A DNA stretch of 64,000 bases from Iphione sp. A-MEVVRFRX5 (lineage: Eukaryota). A program made the position numbers and the translations under genes. Shown here piece after piece: positions 39,901 through 51,900 of the stretch (positions are counted from its first letter, which is position 1; every line of letters begins with the position of its first letter). The notes beneath the pieces were generated by a model, which made no database searches, was not told where the DNA came from, and saw only the letters and a list, made by a program, of their open reading frames with translations. The stretch is from assembly GCA_976226885.1 (NCBI GenBank), contig OZ320315.1, forward strand, positions 43,710,001 through 43,774,000. Reading direction: 5' to 3'.

Positions 39901-42900
39901 AATGTATAAATGGGTACGTTGGTAATCCAGTATCTAATCAAGTAGGCCCTTCATGAATGAAATACAAAGACGATAGAATATGTTGTAAAACGAGTATAAA
40001 ACCAGTTGTCCACGATTAAACTACCAACACATTATCTTATAAAAGAGACAGTGCTAATGATGCCAACAATTCTACTCAACCGACGCTTTGTTATGAGTAT
40101 TTTTTCACTTAAATATTACTATATTATCATTTATTCAACATATGTTCTTATGCCTATCATTGTGTGTTTATTGGCAAACTGTCTGGAGGGTCGGTATTGT
40201 GTGTAGAAATTTTGCGTCACTTGAATATTGTCACTTGTATTGTTATTTCGTCAGCATAGATAAGGGCGTGTATATCATTGTGGGAACATTTTTTCTGACG
40301 AATTGCCCAAAGGATCCATATCTTGAGAAGGAATTTTGCATTTTTGTGAAAATCAGTTGTATATTTAATGCTGGCAGTATGGGTCGCTGTTAAGATTCAA
40401 TGTTTACATATAATTAGGGTAAATTTTCAGCCCCCTGCCTAGTACTTAACATGCCTGTAGCTAAAGGGGTGTCGGGGGTATCGTCCGATAGCCCCCACAT
40501 CAATTAATATCTAATGGCCTTGATAGGGATAGAAAAAAATAGTTCCACCCTGTGGTATCAGGGGTATCGTCCGATACCCAGCACAAAACTTCCTGGCTAC
40601 GGGAGTGCTTAAGGATCAATCTCTAAATGGTAATGTTCAGAGCAAATGTTTCATAGAATGGGTACTTCAGCTAATTACTTCATTACTAAATGGAAGTTAA
40701 ATTTTCACATACTGTGGGGCCTTAAATCTTCCAAAGGAATACATCTGACCTTTCTTGCAAATTTTCCAGCTTATACACCAGTTCTTCTCGCATGGTGGCG
40801 TTGTCGGTCTTCTTTATTCTTCTTCGTTTCGCCGCCTGGTGGAACGCGAAAGAAGCGGCAAACAGTAAAATGGCGGTAACGGGCAAGATACCATAAAGTA
40901 CTGGCCGAAGGATCGTTCCAGAATGATTGGCACCTGTGGGATGAAAAAGTCACAGTTTAAGATCAAGAAAATCGTATTTTCCACTGACAAATATAGAGAA
41001 GTCTACAGAAAATAAGCGTAACACTTCTAAGTTTTCCGGAGATAAAATTGATGCTCCAGTGTTCACATCAACTCTCAGTGATATTAGGTCCATGATATTC
41101 TTTGAGTAGGGCATCCACGTACTGAATGTCAGTTCGACATTATAAGTAAAATATCAATAAAATTAATATATAAACTATACTGAGTAGATGTAGTATGATA
41201 GTTTTATATTGATAATGACGGCAAAAAAAGTAAATCTGCTCCCCTTCTAAGTTTTTATTTAAGCAAAAATACTAAATTTAAGAGGTGAAAACAGAGTAAT
41301 ACTCGGAGAATTCCTGTATACAGGTACATGTACAAAAGGTATACTTTAAAGTGGCTGATAGGAAGAACGTAAGTGGAAGAACACTTAAATGAATTAGGCG
41401 TAATCAGTGCATTTCTCTGATTTTAGACACAAGATTCGATTTTAGTAGGCCTACCACTGTTTCTGACATACATTATCCAAGAACTTAATATTTGTTACAT
41501 CCTTACTTCCTTCATCTGTCCCTGGTTTAACTGTTCCGGATGGCTTTGATGTTTTCTCCTCGCCTTTAAAAAGAAATTGCAAACGTTTTACTTCAGTTTA
41601 TGGAATCTATAAGTCCAGGTCATTGTTTATGAAGGTGTCCGCGTCACCAAGTCATTTAAATAGAGACCGGCGCGTAGGGATTCCTTAACATCCTGACAGG
41701 TAGCATGCCACCAAAATACCACTGGATCCCTGATTTGTCAACTTGAATTGCGTTCTTTTCCAGTGCTACGTAACTCCTATTTCTTATAGAAATAAACAGC
41801 ACAATTAGGCCAACATACCATATTCTTTTAAATCATCAATACAGAAGGCTGCGTCCACTCCTCGCATATCCATATCAAATCGACCCTCTTGTATTTCATC
41901 CACAGTTGGCATAATCTGTGATTAAGCATTTACGAAGTTTTCTTGTATTTCTGACATATGTTTCATGCATACTATTATAATCTTGGTGGAGTACAGGTTT
42001 AGGGTATGAAATGTTAGTTGTACATGTATTTTCATTCAATGACAATACAGGTAGAGGTAATTGTATTTGCTGCTCGTAAATTGTTTGCATGTACATACCT
42101 CTATATATTTTACGAATTAGTGTAATAACAACATCAATTGATTGTTGGAGAAAATATCTCATATTCACTCGTAAATAATAATTATGGATAAAATAGTCAT
42201 GTGATTCTCGTATGTCCTATGTATATGTCCTAAAATGCGTCTTGATTGAATATCAATACAACGCGTTATGTGATAGGTCGGTACCTTGACACCATAGCGA
42301 ACTGCTGTCTTCTCCACACAAAGCTGAAATTCTGTCACGTTCTGCAAAAGGGCAAGTAGGAAATCATTCGTATTTTCGCAAGAACAAAAGATACCAAAGC
42401 AGACAAAGACGTCTCAACGTTTGTATATATATAATAAGAACTATCTACAATCACATATAATTATAATGACCGTCATTGTAGCAGCATTTTCATAGAATGA
42501 CACAAGTATTAAAACCACCCCCTATTAATGTTGGTTATATTCGAATATTCATGATATACATGTATTCGAAATAATGACAACTTTTCTGTGAAATTCCCTG
42601 AGTAAGGACCATGTACCCCAAAGAATGTGTATAGCGTGACTAAAAGATATTGTATAGAAAAAACTACTACATGCTTCCCCTTGCAAAGAATTTACACATA
42701 ACATCTCGGTACCATAGATGTAAGTTGCATACATATATATCTTATGCCATCATGACCTACCCCACGGATCCGATCACGTCCAGGCTGAGTTAACATGTTA
42801 GATGATCTGACGTTGCTCTGTAGTTGTCCCCATTGGACTACATAGGAGTCGATCCTTCCAAGTGTGCCCATATCAGTAGGTGGGAACCAAGTGACTATTA

Positions 42901-45900
42901 CACACAGTGACACATTTGCCAAGTATACGGTGGCGTTGTGCACAGGGCCAGGGGGCTCCACTTGAACCAAAATGTATAATATAGAAATTAATCGGAAGGA
43001 TAAGCTGTTTTGATTTGCTTCACATCATTTATAGGTACTATTCTTAATGTCAATCCCTCTCGGAGAGGCACTAACATGCACTCTGACCAATCTCCGCTCA
43101 TTAACTATTGTATTTTTTCGACCTTTGTCGAGACCCATACAGAAATATTGGCTTTAAAACAGATGTTAGCTTTGGACCATTATGCCCAAAAAAGCTTATA
43201 CTACGACAGTTACATATACAACAAGGTCTGACGATTGTTTCATACAGATGGCTCTTAAATAACATAACCCATGTATACAGGTAGGAAAGATCTATTGGCC
43301 AGACCTATTAGTAGATCTGTACCGAAACCCAATCTAGATTTGCTGAAGAGAAATCCCGTAGTGATCAATAAAGGGTGTAGGTTTGTAGGTTATTTGTCAG
43401 ATACTAGACAGTAGTATGCAGTTTCGGTTGCAAATGTACTGGATGTAAACAGCCACATACAATATTACATGCTCAAAATGTTATATAGAGGACAGGCATC
43501 TATTCTGGAGGTTAATAAGCCCTTACACCTCGCCTCCTTAAGGACTTCCTGTTCAGATTAAGTAGGACTAGGTCTTTGTCTCAGAGAATTACTGACAACT
43601 TACGTGAAGGGGTTGGACAGATTAGCCCTGGAATCCTTCTGCAATCTGAAGAAATATGGGAACAGCGAATGAGGCAAAGTGTAAACAGACCTGTCTAATG
43701 AAACACATGTATGTATACATATACACTGTTCTTGCTTCTTTCAAAAGATATTTTCACTAGGTGATGGTCTGTGATCTATGTACGAATTATTCTGCTATTT
43801 TAAAAAATTGGTCCTACTTAAAACGCAATCATCCTTCTCCAAGTAGTCGCATTATACGGCGTACTATATCTTTTAGATTTCATTTGATTCAAGATGAAAT
43901 CCTGAAATACATTTTAAACGTGCTCTCGTGGAGATATGCTAAAGCATTCCGATAATACATTCGGTCTTAAAAATGATTCAATGCAACGCATGCACTTTAA
44001 CAAATCGACATTCCATTCATTTAGGGCTCTGCGTCCTTTGGTCCAAAGTTACACGCCCCTGTCTATGACATATTGCCGATAATGGCATAGTATTATTCGC
44101 CATCTTTCATCTTTTGTTAATCGCTGATGTGTCTCTCGGAATGCAACATTTTCTGCAATTCGTTATGCTTAAAGCAAATTCTGGGTGAGTTCATCACTCC
44201 AAGGCACCCAAATATATGCATTTTGGTTCACAAGTAAATAACCCAAAGGGCTGTACGCCATTTTTCTCCCTTACCCATACACATCAGCTGCATATATTTA
44301 ATTGCGGCAGAAGCTCTGTGCAATGACGACAACATTTCCATCATCAAAAGAGATCTTTATAATGGGTGACCTATGGAATGAAGGTCACACAAAAGAAATG
44401 TGATCTTTGACAGGGGGGTACCTTGTTTAGAGATGGTCTTTATTAGAGGTTCTACTGTAGCTATACCATGTATTCTTTCAGGGAGACATGTAGAAGACAA
44501 TCAAAAGTTGGAGTGACTGAACTTCCATCTTAGAAAATGTAGGACCTGTGATGAATAAGTTCGTTTCTAATCGTGTTGCATTTTGGTGGACTTTGTTCTA
44601 TATCAATGTAAACATCATTCCCTGGCTTATCGCGTACTCATCAGTTGAAGCATCACTTAATTACGGTTGATCCACGGACGGGCAAATGATTAATTCTCTC
44701 ACCCGTTAAGTTGATGTATAAATCTGAAGGTATCCCACGAATGTTACACCTAGAGACGGCTGTGACCTGTGAACAAGCGAAACGTTATTATACTGCGGAG
44801 GAACATTGGTGGAGATTTAAAAATTTTCACAGTGACGAAATAGAAAACTAGAGGAAAAGGAATACTTGAGGAATACAAACTGGAATGGCATTTCCAAGGA
44901 CACTTACAGTTGTTCTATAGATGCATCCATAACCCATGTGGAAAATTCTGATCTTAGCAGCTATGACCTGACTGCCGTTTCCAACCTATGAAGGTATACA
45001 CACATTTTTTTAGCAAAACTAACACGGCATGATGGAGCTTTGACCTAAGCCAAGCAAATATATTTTGATAAGGATCATTTTATTTGATTAATGTCCGTAC
45101 AATATGACTTTTTTGATAATCACTATCCGTAAATATGTTAAAGTATTATTAACAGTATTATGTTTCGCTCCAATTTTAATGATCCAGAAAGCAGGAAGTA
45201 ATGTGTTATCAAACTTTATCATCTAATAATTGTTAGATATGCATTCTAGACATGAAATAACTTTCATACCAGCCCTACGTCGTCAACAATCGGCACAGGT
45301 GGGAAAATATTTGGTGGTCGACAAATTTTGTGCATCTCTCTAAATATTCTGTATCTTGGCACGTCGGAGATTTTCCATCCTGTTGTTTGAAACATGGTAT
45401 ACAGATATTGTGATCAATGATACAAATTAATGTTAGTGAACAGCGAACATTTACACATCCACGGCACAGTCGTAATGTTGATTTTCCATTGAAAATAACT
45501 ATGAATGGCCCCGTGGAAAATAAATTCCAACACAGGCATTATAACACTAGTATGCGATACATGTGCAGTAACATGCATTTAGTATGTACATGCATATAAC
45601 ACTTTGTAAATAGTACTTTAACCCATCAGTACATGTGGACGATCTATGGCATATTATGTTGAATGAATGGTTTCGATCAGAATCGGTGATGGAAAAGAGC
45701 ATTTCTCATACAATACCTGCAGGATGGTTCCAGGTAACTATGACATGAAAGTACTGTATGGAATTATCAAATACTTTCAAAGACTCCCGAATGTTGCGAA
45801 CAGGACCAGGCATAGGCAAATCTGCAAGAATAAGTATAATAAGATATTATGCATGGGAAATCGTGGATGATGTACCCTGAAGTAATAGGCATTACATTCA

Positions 45901-48900
45901 GAGAATTTTGAGGGATTTGAAGATGTTTTTTTGGTGCAAGAAAGTACGCAATGATCGTGACGGAAATTTGCCATATACATGTAGGCCTATTTGTAGGATT
46001 GCAAATCAAGATTGTCGCTTGTCTTTAAACATGACATTTATTAATGTAGGTAGGAACTAACTGTTTCTGGTGACGGTTGAGTCTCTGCTGAATCCTTTGG
46101 TACCGAACTGTGACACTGCTGCCACCCTGAACTGTCTCTTGGTGCAAACCTCAACGCGTGCTTGAAAGGTGGACTCCAGAGTCTGTGTAATGACAAAGGA
46201 CAATAAATTCGCATTGCAGACCTTATGAGAGAACCAATAGTTTATGTTGAATCCACTAACACTTAGGGCCAGTATCCATACATGTGATAATGCATTTGTA
46301 TGCATTTACGTTGTATTATCTTTGTGACCACAACAACGCATGGGAACAGATGGGGATATCATTTTCCGCATTGTCCTTCTTTGCTGCTGTGGCTTCCCTT
46401 TGTATGAAGAATGTACATGTTTTCCACTTGCAACAATGTCCTGAAATTGGTTTGAAACAGTATTGTTTCCGATTATCACACCAGAGGGTGCCACACGTCG
46501 AGGGAGTGGTTAACGGAGTGCAGCGTGCGAACACTTCAGTCTGGTCTTGTCGCTCGATGTGTAAGTTTGGATTCAAATTCCAACCGTTTGAGGCTCACTC
46601 GCAATGGCTGAAGCTGCGAAGCTGTCTGAGCATACAAAACTGCTGGAGAATATACTATCACGCCTATCCCTCCTGGAACAAGGCACAAGCACTAAGAAAG
46701 CTGCAAAAAAGACAAAAAAGTCAAGCATAATTACAAGAAGTGCTACCAAATCAGGGACGACAACCAAAGAAAATTCAGACTCAGAGCCAGACGATGACGA
46801 TACACAAGACGACGAACAAGACGAGGACACAGAGGTGCTCCCCTCTACAGAGCAGATCAAGAGTACAGCCTCATCACACATCCAAGCCCTGCTGTCTACG
46901 ATGTACCCTGACTCAGTAACCCCGCCAGGTAGGCGCCCCAACAAGGTGACACCTGCCACCTATATTCATTTACCTAGGGGCGATAAGGCAGAACTGGGTA
47001 AACTCTCGATGCATCAGTATGTGGCGGACACCCTAGGCCTGTATATGGATAAGGCCTACCCAAAGGAGAACAAGCTCACCATACTGAAACACCTCAAGGA
47101 AGCAGTAGAGGCGGCAGAGGCAATTGAATGGGAACCAGTATCGGCCTGGGTTACAGAGCTATGGGAGGCTCTTAACCTAGGCCAAGTTAAATGGGCAGAG
47201 ACAAGGGACATCGACAAAATGAAAAGTAAGGCGGTTGACTCTTATATCTATTCAGCCAGGTCTGCAAATGCCATACAAAAAGAACAGGTGGTAATATGCC
47301 CCAATTGGTATTCTGGTAAATGCGAGAACAAGGAGGATCATAGCGAAAAGACACTCCTGTTCAAGCATGTCTGCCCCTTCTGTTATTATATGTACAACAA
47401 GTCCTTAGATCATAAGGTAGACCAATGCCGCCATAAGAAAAGGTTGCAGAAGGCTGAAAAAGACACAAAAAACGGGCAGAGGGAGAACTGGAGACAGCAC
47501 AATGACCAGTAATCCCTGTGACCGTTACAAACAATGAAGAACTGTGCGTGTCGTGTGAACAATTTGAACTTGAATTTCAGCTACCTAATGATCAGCATGA
47601 GCCTAGTTCTATTCCAAACACTTGCAATGAATCAGATGTACAAAAAATTGTGTATCCTCATTCCTTGATTTACACCCATGTTTTCAATTGGCCCGATATG
47701 CTTGCGTCAAACCAGCCAAGGTTAACAAATATCTATAATGCGGTTAAGGCATCGGGGCTACCCAATGCCCTAGAGTGCAAGATAGAGCTCAACTCAACTT
47801 TGAACATACCCCTCTGGCAAACCGTAATAGGTAAAACAGGGAAGCTCGAGGAAATATTAATAAATGGCATAAAATACGGTTTCCAGCTAGGCTACATAGA
47901 ACATAATGTCCCTGACGGTGTTGTAAAGAATTACAAGACCGCAGTAATGTTCCCACAGACCCTCGAAGATTATGTCAATGAAGAAACAATGTATAATGCC
48001 ATATCCAAACTGTCAAAAACAAAGCCCTTCTCTCAGTGTGCAGTTAGCCCTATACTGACTAGGCCAAAGACGGGTACAACAAAGCAAAGGGTAGTAATCG
48101 ACCTAAGCGCTACTCAAGTGAATGCTGATATCCCACCCCACCTGTTGTATGACTATCACTATACAATGTCCTTGCCCACCCCCCTCGACCTGGTCTCCGA
48201 ACTGACACATTTCAACAACAAAGCATGTATCGCCACAGTGGATATCAGCAGGGCATATAGAAATTTTAGAATAGATCCTTTAGATTGGCCCCTCCTTGTG
48301 TTCTCTGTTCAAAACCAATTCTATTTTGACTTATCGTTGCCCTTTGGTACCAGGCTGTCCTCTTTCTATTTGCAGATGTTGTCTGAAAAAATAGTAAAGT
48401 ACGTAGCAGCTAAAACGGAGGGTGTTGTCCTAAAAGCCTACCTAGACGATTATGTCATTGTTGGCCAAACAAAAACACAAACATCACACGCATACCAAAC
48501 CTTGAAATCTACACTCTATGCCCTTGGCCTACAAGTTGCTGAACATAAGTGCTCCCCACCGAGCTCGGCTGCAGTATGGCTAGGCATAACAGTAGATGTC
48601 GAAAGCAGGTCCCTGTCCATGCCAAAAGAAAAAATAGAAAGAGCAAAAGAAGCAGCAGAAAAAATTTACAATGCAGAGTACCCAAGTATCAAAAAAGGTT
48701 CAGCATTTTGTGGGATTGATCAATTTCATTGCAACATGCCTGGCTCCGGCTAGACTTTTCATCTGTGAACTACTCTTTCAGTACAGGGAGGCGGTACGAC
48801 TTGCACTGACTCAGGTTGTGGTGTCAAGTCAAATTAAGAATGACATGCTGTGGTTCATGAGGTACATGCCGTTGTACAATGGAATCTCTCCTTTCCACAC

Positions 48901-51900
48901 ACACACTATAGCAGACACTATTGTAGTAGATGCTTGCCCACAAGGAATGGGAGGTTATTCTTCACGCTACGTGTATGCCCTTAAAAACACAACACACGCA
49001 GATCTATCGATCTCAAAGCTTGAAGCGATGAATCTGGCGTTGGCTGTGCACATGTTTGGAAAATACTATGAAAAAGGTTCAGTCATAGAGGTCCAGTCAG
49101 ATAATATGGCTACAATATGTGCTATGACAAATGTGAGAGTAAGGGACAGCCAACTTGCAGCTGTTGTCAGGTATTGTTGGTATAAGGCTATGCAATACTC
49201 CATTACCTTGAAATTCACACATGTCCCAGGTGAAAGGCTGGTGTTCGCTGATGCTCTGTCAAGAATGCACCTGACTAGGAAACACTATGTAATTGCATCC
49301 AGGTTTATCAGAGAAGACAAAAACCGAAAACGCTTGTATCCACCTATCAAGGTATTGTATGACATCTTGAATGCATGAATGATCTATTTTCAGATCCCCG
49401 GCTAAATCACCTTGCCAGAAGAGCAGCGACTAGACAAACACAGGATGTATCAAAGGAAATGCATTCACGTCGGATCTCCCACATATCCACGTTCATTGCC
49501 TTCTGCTACCACTACAATATAGACATTTATAAGACAACGGTGGACAATGTCCTTGTATTTATCGAGTATCTGGTAGCTATCAACCTCAGTCCTGCAGTGG
49601 TCAAACAATACATTTCAAATGTTAGGGTAGCCTTAAGGAGGCTGAAAGCCAACTATGACCACCTGGACTGATTCAGGTGGCTCTGAAAAGTGTTGATAAA
49701 GTCTCTACACATGTGCCCTCTCAAAAATTGCCTGTCTCATTAGCGCATTTAAAAAATATCTGCCTTTGTCTGGACCCCCCAGGGCCAGTGGGGGTGGTAA
49801 TGAAGGCAGTGTATACATTACTATTTTTCTCCCTACTCCGACAATCCAACATTGGTCCAAAGTCACCTTTGCTTTTTGACACTAAGAAACATCTCCTTAG
49901 GTGTGATATTGCGTTTCACCCCCAAAACGTCAAAATACATGTTAAATGGTCCAAAACCATAAGTCGGAGCAATGAGAAATATATATACTTGCCCAAAACA
50001 GACAATGAGGTGTGCCCCTACAGAGCCTTAAAGTGTATGTACGAGGTCATGCCAACCGTCTCTGATACCCAACCGTTGTTTTGTGACCCCCTCACTTCTT
50101 TGCCTATAACAACCAAACAGGCTTCAAACTTGTTCAATATTATGAATAAGAAATTGGGGTACACTGAGAAAAAGTTCTCCTTACACAGCTTTAGAAGAGG
50201 GGGAGCTGTTGCTCTACAAAAGGCAGGAGCCTCCCTTCCACAAATTATGGCGCAGGGTACGTGGGCAGCGGCCCCCTCGGTTCTGGTATATACACAGAGA
50301 AAAGAAGATTCTAAACAGGCTGCTGCCAAAATGAAAGAGGCAGCACAGTCATGACTGCTAAAGATGATATGCCTGGCTAGAAATGCTCTGTATATTGTGA
50401 TATTGTCAATGAGTCATTTTCAATATGTATATTTACGAGGCCTAGAAATGGCCTATGTTGTATATGAATAAAGAATATCTTTTCTGCCACGTTAGGGTTC
50501 ACTTATGTGTGATAGGTTTGAAACAGTATTGTTTCCGATTATCACACCAGAGGGCGCCACACGTCGAGGGAGTGGTTAACGGAGCGCAGTGCATGAACAC
50601 TTCAGTCTGGTCTTGTCGCTCGACGTGTAAGTTTAGCCTCCTCCCACCCAGCAGCGTATCATGTAGAACCCGATAGCTAGAAATGCTCTGTATATTGTGA
50701 TATTGTCAATGAGTCATTTTTAATATGTATATTTACGAGGCCTAGAAATGGCCTATGTTGTATATGAATAAAGAATATCTTTTCTGCCACGTTTGGGTTC
50801 GCTTATGTGTGATATGTTCCAAATGGAGTTTTTTCTGCATTTATCGTGAAATATACCAAAATATGTGGAAATTTTTGGCAATGTGCAGATGTGTCTCACG
50901 CATCACCTAACATGATCATTTCCATCATATGTTCAAACTTTTTTTGACCTGCTTTCAACGTTACCTTATCTCCCTTGCACTACTCACGTGTTTGTGTGTA
51001 TTTGCATAAAATCTAGGAGCAATGTCTGTTTTCGAGCAATGCACATAGGACACAAGCACAACACACCTTGTAAGTGTACATGCAAAGTGTACACGGAAAC
51101 CTTATCATTGATTTTGATCTATTGGTAATTTCCCCAAAATGTAGACACAACACACATACACAACAGATCAGCACAAGTATGGAAACCGGTCTGAGAATGA
51201 ATATAGCTATCTTAGAAAATGTAGGACTAAATATCAATGTACACATTGACCTGTACATGTGTGCCACTACTTAATATAATAATACAAACATAAACAAAAA
51301 TGACCTGGATGAAATACTGTCTGCGATTTTGGCATATTTTAACCCGATGTTATCTCCATCTGTAGCAGTTTTCGGGTGTTTGGCTTCCCATCTTGGAAGT
51401 CACAACATTATTAGTACATGCATTGGAATACAAAAATGGTGCTTACTATGTCCAAAAATCGCCATGACTGGGTCCCTCCACTGCGAGTTTCGATGACGTA
51501 GACGACTGTTCCATTCCGACGAGTCTGTTGCCAGGACAGGCGGACAGAATAAGGAGTCTCGTCTTGGAGTATAACGCGTGGAGGGTTCGGGATCAATTCT
51601 GAATAATGAATAGTAGATCCTGCACCTGAGCACGTGTTTTCACTCATATATCTACCACTTTATAAGAGGCCAGCCAGTACTACGCTCTCAATAATCCGCT
51701 GGGCTCTATTTCAAGAAACATTGTCCTTTGGCATGCATTCTTTAATTCTCATCAAATCTTCGGTATATTTCATCAGGCATGTTATCAACGTGTCCAATTT
51801 TATTTTATTCCCAAAGAAGGCGATATAATATATATGAACGGCTGTTTGATTATATATTTTGTTCCCACACCGCCTGCCTTTTAAAAGGAAGTTCACGACC

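Larger units (their letters stand above)
46449..50814 (+). mobile_element. Ngaro-type (DIRS order) tyrosine-recombinase retrotransposon, full length, with split direct repeats A1-ORFs-B1-A2-B2
   Basis: A1 46449-46568 matches A2 50515-50634 (120 bp); B1 50376-50514 matches B2 50676-50814 (139 bp). ORFs run gag-like, RT, RNase H, YR. No TSD seen. Confidence 0.95.

Noticed and set aside
51711-51896. Cys-containing ORF inside an RTK intron
   Set aside because: No usable splice acceptor; the exon at 51907-51961 already supplies the needed phase change
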